Source of the DNA: Laetmonice hystrix
Lineage: Eukaryota
Length of the DNA: 64,000 nucleotides
NCBI GenBank assembly: GCA_965235115.1
Contig: OZ249436.1
Location: 1,924,001 to 1,988,000, forward strand
Direction: 5' to 3'
This document shows, piece by piece, positions 1 to 12,866 of the stretch. Numbering within the stretch: position 1 is the first letter of the stretch; every line of letters begins with the position of its first letter. Made by a program: the position numbers and the translations under genes. The notes beneath the pieces are model-generated. The model searched no databases and was not told the DNA's origin. It was given only the letters and a program-made list of their open reading frames with translations.

Positions 1-99
1 CGGCCCACGGTTGAGATTTCACAAAATCCACGTATTTCTCGCGTAGACGTTATGCATGTATACAGTTGGTTCACACACATTTGTAACGCAAACAAAATC

Positions 100-1060
100 A
101 GCAAAAGAGATCGTTTTATACCGGAGCTCACAACAAAATGACTACAGTGTATCGGATTAAACATACGCTCCGGGCCCTTTTCAAACTGCTGCACATGTTC
201 GCGGACTAGATCATGGTATATAGCGGAGTTAGAGATTGAGTGGAGAAGGCGGCATCGTATGGCCACATTAGAGTGGTCGTCTCCAGGCATTGTGTTGACC
301 AACTCCTGCCACAGGCCACAGGAGCCTACTAATAATTGATTTATTCACAAGTAATTGAGAGTATCAAATGAGGCTGTGTGTCTGGCAACCACTGCTTCAA
401 GTGTGACTCTTTCATGGCTGCTGACTCTTGGCTTTTTATGATATACCGTCGCCCCGCTGATCGATAGATGTCGTATAGGCGTACAGCTCGGCGCTCATTT
501 CGATCGGGATTTTCAGATGTAGATTGGGTACGAGAGGCTCGACTTGTGCCTCTGGTGTTTGGTCATGTCTGCATGCCCAGCCCGAGCCAGCAGTGAAGAG
601 GAACATCCACCACAGCCTCAGTTAGTCGTTGTAAAACTGCAGCTTGTAAAAGCTGTGAGTGAGGACAGAGCGGCGCTGGGCCCCAACCTCGTCATTGTGA
701 ATCTCCGCCACCCTCAGTATACGTATGGACGGGACGGTGGGGGAGGTCGAGTCGACGATACATACACTCACCAGCCACTTTTTGTTCCCGTATCGGCCAG
801 GCCAGTCGTGTCGACTGTCCTGTGAGATAAAGTGTGCAGTCAGTACCAAGCTCTGGAGAACGGAGCCGCACAACTCCATCAACTAGTATTAGACCTACAT
901 TTCGGTCAGACGGAGGATGGGTGCTGCTCCTCGGCGGCCAACAGTCTTGTGTCACGCTTAAATCAATGTATTCATGTGGTCGATTGGATCGGAATGTTCA
1001 GCTCCGTTTTAAGCACAAATCCCTGCGACAATCTGACGTGCAGGACCTGGAAAAGTATTC
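100..1060 (-). mobile_element. Highly degenerate hAT-family (Ac/ZBED-like) transposase remnant
   Basis: Minus-strand fragments in different frames occur in hAT order: VGLILVDG then QSLVLTAHFISQD (cf. ALTTDxW...SYxxxTAHFI), RVTLEAVV...FDTL, and ELRYKTISF (cf. LDPRFK). Many stops and frameshifts; matched by eye only. Confidence 0.35.
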
Positions 1061-1388
1061 TGTACAGTAGGCCGGGGCATACACGAAGGAGTTACCAATG
1101 TGTGACCGGGCAGCTACGATGATGGTCGCTAAAGGTAGGAATAATTATATCATGTTAACGATCACATCGGCGTAATTTCACGCCTGTTACGTGACCCAAT
1201 GAGGCAAGTATTTCTGGGCGCCAAATGGATTGGGTATTGAAGAGGATTGCGTTCGACTGTCTGTTATTGCGATAGACACTATGTGGTATTTATTATAGGC
1301 CCTATAGCCTTCTTTATTACGGAATTGTACTTTGACTAATAGGTCTATCATGTTTGCATACGTACATAGGCCTACTCTCATGCTTGCT

Positions 1389-1392
<4 letters not shown>

Positions 1393-1470
<78 letters not shown>

Positions 1471-1474
1471 TCCC

Positions 1475-1531
<57 letters not shown>

Positions 1532-1532
1532 C
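1393..1532. repeat. (CT)n microsatellite
   Basis: Direct reading; source of the SL/ER pseudo-ORFs. Confidence 0.98.
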
Positions 1533-2004
1533 ACTTTGTTAATTGTAATTTTTTGGTAAACTTTCAGTTTGCTAATGATAGACCCTATTAGATCATCAAC
1601 TTCGGCTGCAAGCTAAACTCTGACTGATAGTTTTGCATACGGATCAGAGCCAGCCAAATCGACTTCCAACAATTGCCGACATATTCATATTTCATGATTG
1701 TTACCGGCGTGAGGCGTGGAGTGAGCAGTTTTAAAGGCACGCGTTATGTGTGGCCCCCTGACACTATACGATTGTGTAACGTCCCGGCGGCACGGCGTCA
1801 AAACAAATCTACGTCACAACGTCACGTAGGATTTTCCAATTTTACGAGGATAAAGCTTACAAATTACGAAGCGAAACGTATTTTTACCTTAGAATATCCA
1901 GAGAGCTGAGTCAATCTAATGTCAGTTACGTGCATGCGGTTATTGCGTTTGTTGATTACCCTATCATGTCTCTCATCCCCATTTCTCATTCCAGTCTCAG
2001 TCTC

Positions 2005-2158
2005 AGTCTGTCTGTCTGTCTGTCTGTCTCTCTCATTCTCTCTATCTATCTCTGCCTCTCTCTGTCTCTCTCATTCTCTCTCTATCTCTCTCTAATTCTG
2101 TCTCTCTCTGTCTCTCTCTCATTCTCTCTCTATCTCTCTCTCCGTCTCTCTCTCCGTC

Positions 2159-2204
<46 letters not shown>
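2005..2204. repeat. Degenerate (CT)n/(CTGT)n low-complexity tract
   Basis: Direct reading. Confidence 0.95.
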
Positions 2205-2208
<4 letters not shown>

Positions 2209-2374
2209 ATTTCACGATTGGAAGTTGCCAGTGAAAGGGAGGTTGCCCACCGAACGGGTTGAATTGATGGTTAGGAGTAGGTAGGGGCCTACAGTAAGGT
2301 GAAATTGATAGTGGTTAAAGGCCCCACGCCAAAGTTTGGATTCCATGTTTCTTTTTGTCACTAATTAGGCCCCA

Positions 2375-2445
2375 CGTGATTTTGTTTACGTGATTTTGTT
2401 TACATGATTTTGTTTACGTGATTTTGTTTACGTGATTTTGTTTTG
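2375..2445. repeat. 14-bp tandem repeat CGTGATTTTGTTTA, about 5 copies
   Basis: Direct reading. Confidence 0.9.
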
Positions 2446-2900
2446 CACACATGTGTGTAACAGTCACATCCTACTGCCATCCCCATGTAGTTCCAGCTGA
2501 CTATTATAGTCTTGTGTGCGGATGGGTGACGAGGAGTTAGGCCGGGCCGGGCCGGGCCGGTCCTGGGTGGTTTCTTGCCATACTTGATCCCCTGACGAGG
2601 GATACCGAGATAACGCGAGCGGTCACCAATAAATATTCAACTACTTCGTCCTCTTCATACCAATCTCGGCGACAGGATAAACTAGGTTCAACCATATACC
2701 ATCGTATACCACTTGACGCTCTCCGTTCTCTGCGATGACCCAGAAAACTTTGTGTGTAGGTCTGCCGCATAATGAAAGCAAACAGCAGCCAGAGAAGATG
2801 CGTACAATGTATGCTCCCCCACCCTCACCAGCCCAATCTCCCTCTAAGTTTGCAAGAACTCCCTGGATTACCATGCTCCTCTACGGCCACGTGCCGTATA

Positions 2901-3308
2901 TAGCCTGGTGCCCGGTCTAAACACTACGTATAGAGCCTGGCGAAGGCCAATCGAAGCGAGCGTTGTGATTGGTCCATCGAAAACATGGACGCAAACGAGG
3001 CAGTTCCGTACCCTCCGTATTTCTCCAACAAGATACAGATATTTTCGTCAATCCCTTTAAAATCCTCGCTTTTCTGGATGTAAACATAGCGTCATCAGTC
3101 CCCACACCTGCTACGGTCTGCATACGCATGGGCATGTTGGCCACTCCCGGCCACGCTCCAAGCAGAAGTCGGTCACTCTATTAACGCTGACCAACGGAAC
3201 GGAAGCGGAAGTGCTTGGAGATTAATCACTTCCGTTTCGCAGCTTTCTGTTAGCCATCACCTGGCCTAACATAGCGGATGCGTATGGTAGGCACAGGGCA
3301 CCAGGCTA
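2901..3308. mobile_element. Non-autonomous DNA transposon with TAG...CTA termini and 10-bp TSD (Academ/AcademH-like)
   Basis: TIR TAGCCTGGTGCCC / GGGCACCAGGCTA, flanked by direct repeats GTGCCGTATA (2891-2900) and GTACCGTATA (3309-3318), one mismatch. Superfamily is inferred from termini and TSD length. Confidence 0.75.
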
Positions 3309-3390
3309 GTACCGTATACAGTCCAATCTTTCTCTGGCTTTACGTCATGCCTCAGTTGTTCAAGTATACACGTATAAAGAAACTTAAGTA

Positions 3391-3907
3391 GCTCTCACAC
3401 TTGCACGTAGTCGGCACCGTAATTTCACGTAACATTAATACGTGGAATTACGGGAGGTGAGTACTTGAGCATTACGTGAGCATTACGTGAGAGTACGGGA
3501 GGCGAGGGGCAATACGGGAGAATACGTGAGGTTTTCAACATGTTCAAAATTTTCTGGATTACGTAGCTATTGTACGTAGCATTACGTAGCATTACGTGAG
3601 ATTACGTAGTGTTACGTATTAGTATTACGTAGACATGGCATCACGTATTCTCATGTAGTCGTGCGTAATCCTACGTAGCCTAATGTCTCACGTAATGCTA
3701 CGTAGATAGCGTCGTTTTTTTGTGACTGCCCTAACTTTACATGGCATTACGTGAGACATTACGTAGGATTACGCACTGACTACGTAGTGTTACATGCGAT
3801 TACCTAGAGATTACGTAGTACTACGTACTAGCCCCTAATAACTATCACGTATTTCTCACGAAAGTCTCACGTAATGATTACGGCACACTACGTGCAAGTG
3901 TGAGAGC
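3391..3907. mobile_element. MITE (PIF/Harbinger-like termini) with TACGTA/ACGT-rich interior
   Basis: Perfect 21-bp TIR GCTCTCACACTTGCACGTAGT / ACTACGTGCAAGTGTGAGAGC; TSD not clean. Confidence 0.8.
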
Positions 3908-4476
3908 CTATGCAAAATTGCCCCATATTCTCCAGAATACGCAACCCATCCCTTCCCTCCCGCACAGACAGTCCTGTGTATTAGGCTAAGCCTTGTCTAG
4001 TATTACGGGACCATTGGAGAAGATTTGCCTACTGCAGTATAAAGTAACCACTTAACCGATGTCACATAAGTATCGTGCAAGTCTATGACGGACCCATGCA
4101 CTTGGCGACGTGTCGGCTCAATCTGCACGTACGGTAAAACCGGCCAACTGTTACGTACATCTCCGCCGAATGTGGCACACAATCTGGACACGTGACACTC
4201 ACGTGATCTCAGACGAGATCAATGCGCGCCAGCTGTGCGTTCGATCTGCTCAGAAAGAGACTTCCACCAGCGTAACGAATCCACATTAAGCAAAGCGTCA
4301 ATTATCAAAGGGGAACTTTTCACGAATAATTAACAATTGCAGGTTCCCATCTCCCTTTCTCGCTCTGGTGTCATATGATGTTTCGTTAGAATTACTGGGA
4401 GAACAAAAGAAAGGGGATCAATGCTCACTCTGCATGAGGAATCAACATTTCTTTACAAGCCTTCTACGGTCTGAAT

Positions 4477-4595
4477 ATGTACATATCGCACCGAACTCAT
4501 TGCTGAATACGTAGAGGCTCAAGGTCTCAAGGAAAATGTACATATCGCACCCAACTCATTGCTGAATACGTAGAGGCCCAAGGTCTCAAGGAAAA
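4477..4595. repeat. 59-bp tandem duplication
   Basis: ATGTACATATCGCACC...AAGGTCTCAAGGAAA occurs twice. Confidence 0.9.
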
Positions 4596-4828
4596 CGTTA
4601 AATATTTATATCGGAGAGGAGTGACTTGCGACGTTTACTTACATCATTTTCAAAACGGTGCTGTAATGATGAAAGAATATGGACTCCATGGCTCTGTGTT
4701 GGAACTTGCATGTTTACCCCCCCCCCCCCCCCGACTACACTTCCTCTTTGGATCAAGTTTCTACAAATAGGTATAGGGCCTATATGTATACATCCATACA
4801 TGTAGACGTCTCATTTATATCTTTTACA

Positions 4829-4874
4829 TCTCTCTGCCTCTGTCTCTGTCTGTCTGTCTGTCTCCCTCTCTGTC

Positions 4875-4906
<32 letters not shown>

Positions 4907-5135
4907 CCTCTCTCTCTCTCTCCCTCCCTCCCTTTCCCTGTCTCTATGTCTGTCTCTGCCTCTCTCTCTGTCTCTCTCTGTCTCTCTCTGTCTCTCTCTG
5001 TCTCTCTCTCCCTCTGTCTCTCTCTCCCTCCCTCCCTTTCCCTGTATCTCTGTCTGTCTCTGCCTCTCTCTCTGTCTCTGCCTGTCTCTCTCTGTCTCTG
5101 CCTGTCTCTCTCTGCTCTCTCTCTCTCTCTCTCGT
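4829..5135. repeat. CT-rich microsatellite
   Basis: Direct reading. Confidence 0.95.
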
Positions 5136-5995
5136 CTCACTTTTTATTTTTCTACTCAGACAGCTTTGCCCCCCCCCCCAGATTCTCGGCGAACCGAACC
5201 AGAGCGCCACCTGGTTACCATGTCAATATAAAGGCACGGACACTTCAGAGTGGAGAATGCCGCCACATAGAGTTGAATGAAGCGCCGCCATTGGTCAAAC
5301 ACGTACGGCTTAGGATATTTCACACGACGATTAGCAGCTGGCAGAGATAGCTTGGTTGATGGATAGAGCCGGAATACCCTTCACACGAAGAACCTACTTA
5401 AATCGTTGGCCAACTCACAACAATCTGACCAATAGCGGAGGAAATTCTTGCTGCAAGTCAAAGAGTATAATACGTGTGCGCACTTATATGCTGGAGACGA
5501 TAGTGGTAGACAATTCGCAGACACTGAAATGAAAGTGATAAAAGTATTAACAATCACATTATGTTAAAGGTATTTGATATCGGAAATGAAAACGGTATAG
5601 GCAATGAACATGAAAATAGGGTAGCGCTTGGGTTGTATTTAGTTCAGAAGTTATAGGCTCTACAGAACTAAATGACTGTAAATCACAAACCATGGAATCG
5701 TTATGGGGGCCATCGGGCCAGAATTGTTAAGGGGGACCATGACCTACCATTGGCAGCCCAAGAGATGAAGCTATAATATATTTGATTGCTGATATAGACG
5801 TTTAACACACCCTGGGGCCATAGATATTGCCTCCTCCTCTGGTGCCCCATACAACCCGTCGTAACGGGGAGAATGGTTCTGCCAAGCTTCTCAGGCGAAG
5901 TGATGAGGTGCAGTTTCTGCCAATTTCCCATTCTAAACATACTGTATACTGATTAAATAGCGTGTACCACGCATGGTTAGAGTAGATGTTGGCTC

Positions 5996-8074
5996 GTCAG
6001 GCCAACCATATGTGTCCCCTTATATAGTCAGGCCAACCATATGTGTCCCCTTATATAGTCAGGCCAACCATATGTGTCCCCTTATATAGTCAGGCCAACC
6101 ATATGTGTCCCCTTATATAGTCAGGCCAACCATATGTGTCCCCTTATTATAGTCAGGCCAACCATATGTGTCCCCTTATATAGTCAGGCCAACCATATGT
6201 GTCCCCTTATATAGTCAGGCCAACCATATGTGTCCCCTTATATAGTCAGGCCAACCATATGTGTCCCCTTATATAGTCAGGCCAACCATATGTGTCCCCT
6301 TATTATAGTCAGGCCAACCATATGTGTCCCCTTATATAGTCAGGCCAACCATATGTGTCCCCTTATATAGTCAGGCCAACCATATGTGTCCCCTTATTAT
6401 AGTCAGGCCAACCATATGTGTCCCCTTATATAGTCAGGCCAACCATATGTGTCCCCTTATATAGTCAGGCCAACCATATGTGTCCCCTTATATAGTCAGG
6501 CCAACCATATGTGTCCCCTTATATAGTCAGGCCAACCATATGTGTCCCCTTATATAGTCAGGCCAACCATATGTGTCCCCTTATATAGTCAGGCCAACCA
6601 TATGTGTCCCCTTATATAGTCAGGCCAACCATATGTGTCCCCTTATAGTCAGGCCAACCATATGTGTCCCCTGATGTAGTCAGGCCAACCATATGTGTCC
6701 CCTTATATAGTCAGGCCAACCATATGTGTCCCCTTATATAGTCAGGCCAACCATATGTGTCCCCTGATATACCATATGGTCAGGCCAACCATATGTGTCC
6801 CCTTATATAGTCAGGCCAACCATATGTGTCCCCTTATATAGTCAGGCCAACCATATGTGTCCCCTTATAGTCAGGCCAACCATATGTGTCCCCTTATATA
6901 GTCAGGCCAACCATATGTGTCCCCTTATATAGTCAGGCCAACCATATGTGTCCCCTTATATAGTCAGGCCAACCATATGTGTCCCCTTATATAGTCAGGC
7001 CAACCATATGTGTCCCCTTATATAGTCAGGCCAACCATATGTGTCCCCTTATAGTCAGGCCAACCATATGTGTCCCCTTATATAGTCAGGCCAACCATAC
7101 GTGTCCCCTTATATAGTCAGGCCAACCATATGTGTCCCCTTATATAGTCAGGCCAACCATATGTGTCCCCGTATATAGTCAGGCCAACCATATGTCCCCT
7201 TATATAGTCAGGCCAACCATATGTGTCCCCTTATATAGTCAGGCCAACCATATGTGTCCCCTTATATAGTCAGGCCAACCATATGTGTCCCCTTATATAG
7301 TCAGGCCAACCATATGTGTCCCCTTATATAGTCAGGCCAACCATATGTGTCCCCTTATATAGTCAGGCCAACCATATGTGTCCCCTTATATAGTCAGGCC
7401 AACCATATGTGTCCCCTTATATAGTCAGGCCAACCATATGTGTCCCCTTATATAGTCAGGCCAACAATATGTGTCCTCTTATATAGTCAGGCCAACCATA
7501 TATGTCCCCTTATATAGTCAGGCCAACCATATGTGTCCCCTTATATAGTCAGGCCAACCATATGTGTCCCCTTATATAGTCAGGCCAACAATATGTGTCC
7601 CCTTATATAGTCAGGCCAACCATATGTGTCCCCTTATATAGTCAGGCCAACAATATGTGTCCCCTTATATAGTCAGGCCAACCATATGTGTCCCCTTATA
7701 TAGTCAGGCCAACCATATGTGTCCCCTGATATAGTCAGGCCAACCATATGTGTCCCCTGATATAGTCAGGCCAACCATATGTGTCCCCTTATATAGTCAG
7801 GCCAACCATATGTGTCCCCTGATATAGTCAGGCCAACCATATGTGTCCCCTTATATAGTCAGGCCAACAATATGTGTCCCCTTATATAGTCAGGCCAACC
7901 ATATGTGTCCCCTTATATAGTCAGGCCAACCATATGTGTCCCCTGATATAGTCAGGCCAACCATATGTGTCCCCTGATATAGTCAGGCCAACCATATGTG
8001 TCCCCTTATATAGTCAGGCCAACCATATGTGTCCCCTTATATAGTCAGGCCAACCATATGTGTCCTCTTATATA
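5996..8074. repeat. 31-bp minisatellite GTCAGGCCAACCATATGTGTCCCCTTATATA, about 67 copies
   Basis: Near-identical head-to-tail units with no spacers. Confidence 0.98.
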
Positions 8075-8957
8075 ATTGAAAAGAAAAGGATTAGATCTTA
8101 AGACGTCATGTTCGTTTGCGCTATTCTCAGTTTTACTCCGACTAAAAATGTAATTAGGCTCATCAAATTCGTCATTCTCACTTCCCACAGCAGTTATTGA
8201 TCCGCAAAGACCTTTTTTTTTGGAGGGAGGTCTTCTTTGATATTCGGATTCTTGTGATTCTCCCAAGCCATAAACACGTGTTGATGTACTTGAAAACGCC
8301 ATCGCACTTTGCTCTTCAGCTGCCCTACTCTTCCCAATCGGAGACGTTCAATACTTGGCGCCAAGTATAAGCGCCACGTATAAGCGCCGGTTTAGCTGGG
8401 TGGATGGACCCTGACTGCTGTATTGACGGTGTCTGATGTCGGTCGGCCGGTCGATGACGAACGTTCACATCGCGCCAATCGATGAGTCCAGACTCGGCAA
8501 CTGTTCGGTCGGCCAGCAACATACAATTGATAATGTACATGAACAAACGTTAGCAGTCTCCCATCTCCTCAAATTTAGTCCGATGTGGATCTTCTTATAT
8601 GATCCTTTCTCTATAGTCCCCCAAAGGTTAGCATTCACCACTTAGAAACTGGATATCGCCTATATAACCATACATGTCGGCAGTGTTGAATTAACAGGAG
8701 ACACTATTGAGCGTTTGACATTCGGCGTTCATAACTGTTTGTAGTAACCGAATGTATAGTTCAATATAGATCTATACGCATGTAGGATATGAGGATAGTG
8801 CGTATAGATAACATTATATACAGATCTGTAATTCTGTATCATCCGAAGTAAATGCTTGACACAAAAAGGTTCCATCATACATTGGGACTGGCATTAAAGT
8901 ATAAAAGTCTAAAAAATCAGGAAGTTAAAATTCAGAATCTAATGTCAGTTTGGTGTT

Positions 8958-9203
8958 GCGTAAAATCTACCCAGAGTTCTGGCATTACGTAAATTCTACC
9001 CAGAGTTTTGGTATTACGGAACATCTACCCAGAGTTCTGGCAGTACGTAAAAACTACCCACAGTTCTGGCAGTACGTAAAAACTACCCAGAGTTCTGGCA
9101 GTACGTAACAACTACCCAGATTTCTGGCAGTGGGTAAAAACTACCCAGATTTCTGGCAGTGGGTAAAAACTACCCAGATTTCTGGCAGTGGGTAAAAACT
9201 ACC
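8958..9203. repeat. 29-bp repeat AAAAACTACCCAGAGTTCTGGCAGTACGT, about 8 copies
   Basis: Direct reading; style resembles transposon subterminal repeats. Confidence 0.9.
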
Positions 9204-9915
9204 GAGAGTAAAAATAAATAAATTCCGTATAGGCACATTCTCGGACTCTTGTCGTGATTAGCATCAGCTCGTATAATCTGTATGCCAAATACTGTAATAA
9301 TAATTATACAAAAAACATTAGACCCTCCAGACCACATTAGATAAAATAATCTCAATTGAATCCATAGAATATATGGTACTATAGATTAATGCCATTTGTA
9401 TATTCAGCCTATATAATATACGTCTTTTACCGCTTTGCTGTGTCAAGAAGTGAAAATGCAGACATGGTTACCCAAACGTTCTGTAGATTTAGTATCTCTC
9501 TTGATACAATTCAGATATCCAAATGAGACAGGCGACGCACAGACCAATTCCCACAGCACATATATGTCTAGTGGCAAATTGATGCTACATCAGCTGGAGA
9601 CCTGATATTGCAGACACAATTTCTGCAATCTGATAGACGAAAGACTCGAAAAAATTATATACACGTCGCTTACAGAAGGATATTTTCTTCCAACGAGCTC
9701 TGGCGAGGAAATGTGTCACTAAAATTCTCACCGCGCGAGAACCCGCAATGTCTGGTTTGGGCGTTCTTGTGAAACACTATTCTGAACCCCAAGGAAATTT
9801 CTTTCCCAGAGATCCCTTTTTGATTGTGAAATGAACATTCCCATCTAGGCCTATAATAAGTCCGTTTAACATTCCATATAAAATACAAGGAACAAGGAAC
9901 AGCAGACTATCCCTA

Positions 9916-11700
9916 CACTCTAAAAACATTCCCGTAAAATTTACGGAAAAGGATTGGCAACGTAGGGTGCCAGAACTATTCCGTAAATTTTACGGTCAAC
10001 CGTAAACAAGTATTTTCCGTAAAGCATATGGAATATTTCCGTAAATTTTCTAAGAATTAAGCTTCATCCCTGTTATAGTTTACAGACAGTTTCAGTTGCT
10101 TATGAGTATGTATGGTTGTCTAGCCTCAAGAAATGCCTCATCTTATCAGGTAAGCCTAAATTCGACAAATTTTGAAGATTCGTGTGACTGTGGGGACGTT
10201 GACCCATTCTCTTTCAAAGGAGAGATAATGATTTTAGATTCGCAGAACATAGAATGTAGGCTACTCGGAGGTATAGGTTGTTCTTTGCTAGCACTGAAAG
10301 TCTTCAGAATTGTTTAAGTGGTGTACACATAATGTACCTTCCTTCAGCATTTTAGTCCATGTCTGCCTTGCTTCTAAATGCGCAAATCTTTTCAAAGCTT
10401 TTATAGGGTCTATGTGTATGCTGTTTGTGTAGAGTGGCCAAGGGCAGTGCCGCACTTAGCCTATAGGCTACTTGCCGCCTATAGTTCTCTTGCTTATAGT
10501 GAAAATGGGTGCTAAGCACTGTGTCAAAAGGGGTCACCGACTTCCTATGGCGGCAAAGAGAGAGACTAAGGACAATCGATATCCCACATTTTGCGAACAC
10601 CGAGCTCTGCCATTTGGTTTCGGTGTAATGTGGGGTTACACTAACTGTGATGGCGCCCTTGTTTCCTGTTCCGGTGGCGGAGAGTGGCCCTCTCCGGTCA
10701 CTTCAATCGATCTCCTCCTCCTTAGACTCCTTGCATAATAACATAAATCCTGCTGGGGTAAAACAATAACAGTTTGCAGACGATTCCACAGAGAGTCGTT
10801 CACAACTGTTTGAACTTGACGTTGTCAATTACCCCACCGGTAACCATCCAATCTCGAATATTGTCCCTCCTCTATCTTATAATGCTGTCTTATTTGTTCT
10901 AAAGCTGGGAAGAACCGATAACATTATGCCATTACTCATGGACGTTGGGCTAAACGTGCATATTTTTGCGCAAATTGGTTTGATTAAAATATCAACATTT
11001 AATGTCATGACTTATAATGTCAATACCTTCAAAAAGGACATCTTCCTGAATAGTGGCTGAGTTTCAGTAGGCCTAATTCTAAAACTCATTGACACCAAAC
11101 CTATATCGACATATACAGTAGCGTCTTCAGTGGCGCCACAGATGGGGATGGTTTTCGAAAGCCGACGTATAATGGTTCGATGTATACACAGGGGACAATG
11201 CACCGACCCGGCACCAGGAACTGAGGTTGGAGATAGTCAATGGGTCTGTTGTCTTTCACGGAATTATCAACCCAAGTGTCCAAACGTCATGTCTGCCCAT
11301 CTGTCTGTCTTCTACTTTGGGAGGGCGGGGGGGGGGGTCAGCTTTATTTGAAATGGATTGTGGCTTTTTACCCCCCCCCCTTCTCATATATTTCCGCTTT
11401 AGACCGCTGTATATTATCAGATCTGCATTATCTCTCATGATCTCAAGTCGGTTTTTTTTCTTCTTAGTAGAAACTGTAGTTGTTTGGGAATCTGCCAGAA
11501 TCATTGGACGTAAGCTAATTCCTATGTCCGGGCGTGTTGCAGCGTAACTTGCTGCCATGGCTTGCTGTGAGTCAATGATGAAACATATCATACCTCAGGC
11601 AGTGCTGTAGTCCATCAAGAATTCACGCTACGCTGCGTGCGACACATATTACAACGTACATGTATCTTGATCAATTTCCTGTCACACTAAACGCGTTCTT
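9916..11700 (-). mobile_element. CMC-EnSpm (CACTA-like) element end with adjoining degenerate transposase remnant
   Basis: Terminus CACTCTAAAAA at 9916 is followed by palindromic subterminal repeats CCGTAAAATTTACGG / CCGTAAATTTTACGG. Minus-strand fragments TLGLII...DPLTISNL...VY, RLSKTIPICGA, RFGVNEF...EGIDI loosely follow the animal EnSpm motif order. Inner boundary uncertain. Confidence 0.45.
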
Positions 11701-12170
11701 CACTGCGTGGCACCAGAATTCTTTGTGAAGCTACATTAGGCAAATGTTGAACAGACAAATCGCTCATTTAGTCTCCCGGTTCACGTCTCGGAGGGATACT
11801 GGTCGGTGTTCGTTGTTATTGGGTCAAATATGCACATCTTTTCTTCCCCTCCCTCCTGGACGATTCATCACTGGGCCCAGATTGTACATTTCTGAGGTTC
11901 TCCTGAGTTCCGCTCTGGGGCCCACCCACACGAGATGCTGGGAGGTGGCAGGCAGTGCTTGTAACCATCTCTCCTCTATAGTGGGTCATCTGTTAAAACG
12001 CCCCATATACCCGTATATCATGAATTTGGCATCACCCTTTGAGATTAAAAGAAACAGAAACAGGGAAAGTAAAGTGTGAAATTCCACCCTTAAATCCCCA
12101 AGTCGTATTGACGTCGCGCCTCAAGCTATATTTCAATATAAACCTGGAAATTCCAGTTTTAAGGCCGACA

Positions 12171-12270
12171 TTTCTTCTTCTTCTTCTTCTTCTTCTTCTT
12201 CTTCTTCTTCTTCTTCTTCTTCGTTTTCTTCTTCTTCTTGGTCTTCTTCTTCTTTTTCTTCTTTTTCTTC
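12171..12270. repeat. (CTT)n microsatellite
   Basis: Direct reading. Confidence 0.97.
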
Positions 12271-12544
12271 TACCTTTTAAGCTTATTTACCTCCTCCCCC
12301 ATCCTCCGCCTCCCTCCCCGCGGACCGACAAAGACTATATTTCTATTCTTCTTCTTGCGCATCATTCGAAACGATGGAACATGTCTTGGCGGATATACTT
12401 GTTGGACTATGTCTAGCTCTAGTAAAGGTCACTATAATTAGGTTTGTCACAGTTAAGGGACAGCGTCTATATGGCCCGATCTTATTGCAGATGTCCTGAG
12501 CATCAGACGAGGTCTGTTAGTAAGTAATATGTGACTCGCACGGC

Positions 12545-12866
12545 GGTCGGTCCTGGAGGGGTGTATTGATGAGTGCTGGTTTAGCCTGTTTGTGATTATG
12601 TTTCCTGTTATACTGTGGTCGGTCTTGGGTTGTATTCCTGGGTGCTGGTTTAGCCTTTTTGTGATTATGTTTCCTGTCATACTGTGGTCGGTCTTGGGTT
12701 GTATTCCTGGGTGCTGGTTTAGTCTGTTTGTGATTATGTTTCCTGTCATACTGTGGTCGGTCTTCGGTTGTATTCCTCGGTGCTGGTTTAGTCTGTTTGT
12801 GATTATGTTTCCTGTCATACTGTGGTCGGCCTTGGGCTGTATTCCTGGGTGCTGGTTTAGACTGTT
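12545..12866. repeat. 69-bp minisatellite, about 4.5 copies
   Basis: Unit GTGCTGGTTTAG...GGTTGTATTCCTGG; 23-aa periodicity in the ORF track. Confidence 0.95.

Noticed and set aside
3914..3950. APYSPEY peptide resembling the Tc1/IS630 PPYSPELNP motif
   Set aside because: Too short, and the spacing to a plausible upstream catalytic Asp does not fit after removing the two insertions.
1187..5350. SL-rich and ER-rich ORFs (also 25207-25957)
   Set aside because: Translations of (CT)n/(GA)n microsatellites.
5996..8074. CRISPR-like 31-bp repeats (also the 34-39 bp arrays)
   Set aside because: Units are head-to-tail with no unique spacers, there are no cas genes, and the context is a eukaryotic spliced gene.
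8045..8645. Short minus-strand ORFs with a protein-like look (possible TE remnant)
   Set aside because: No recognisable motif series or splice structure.
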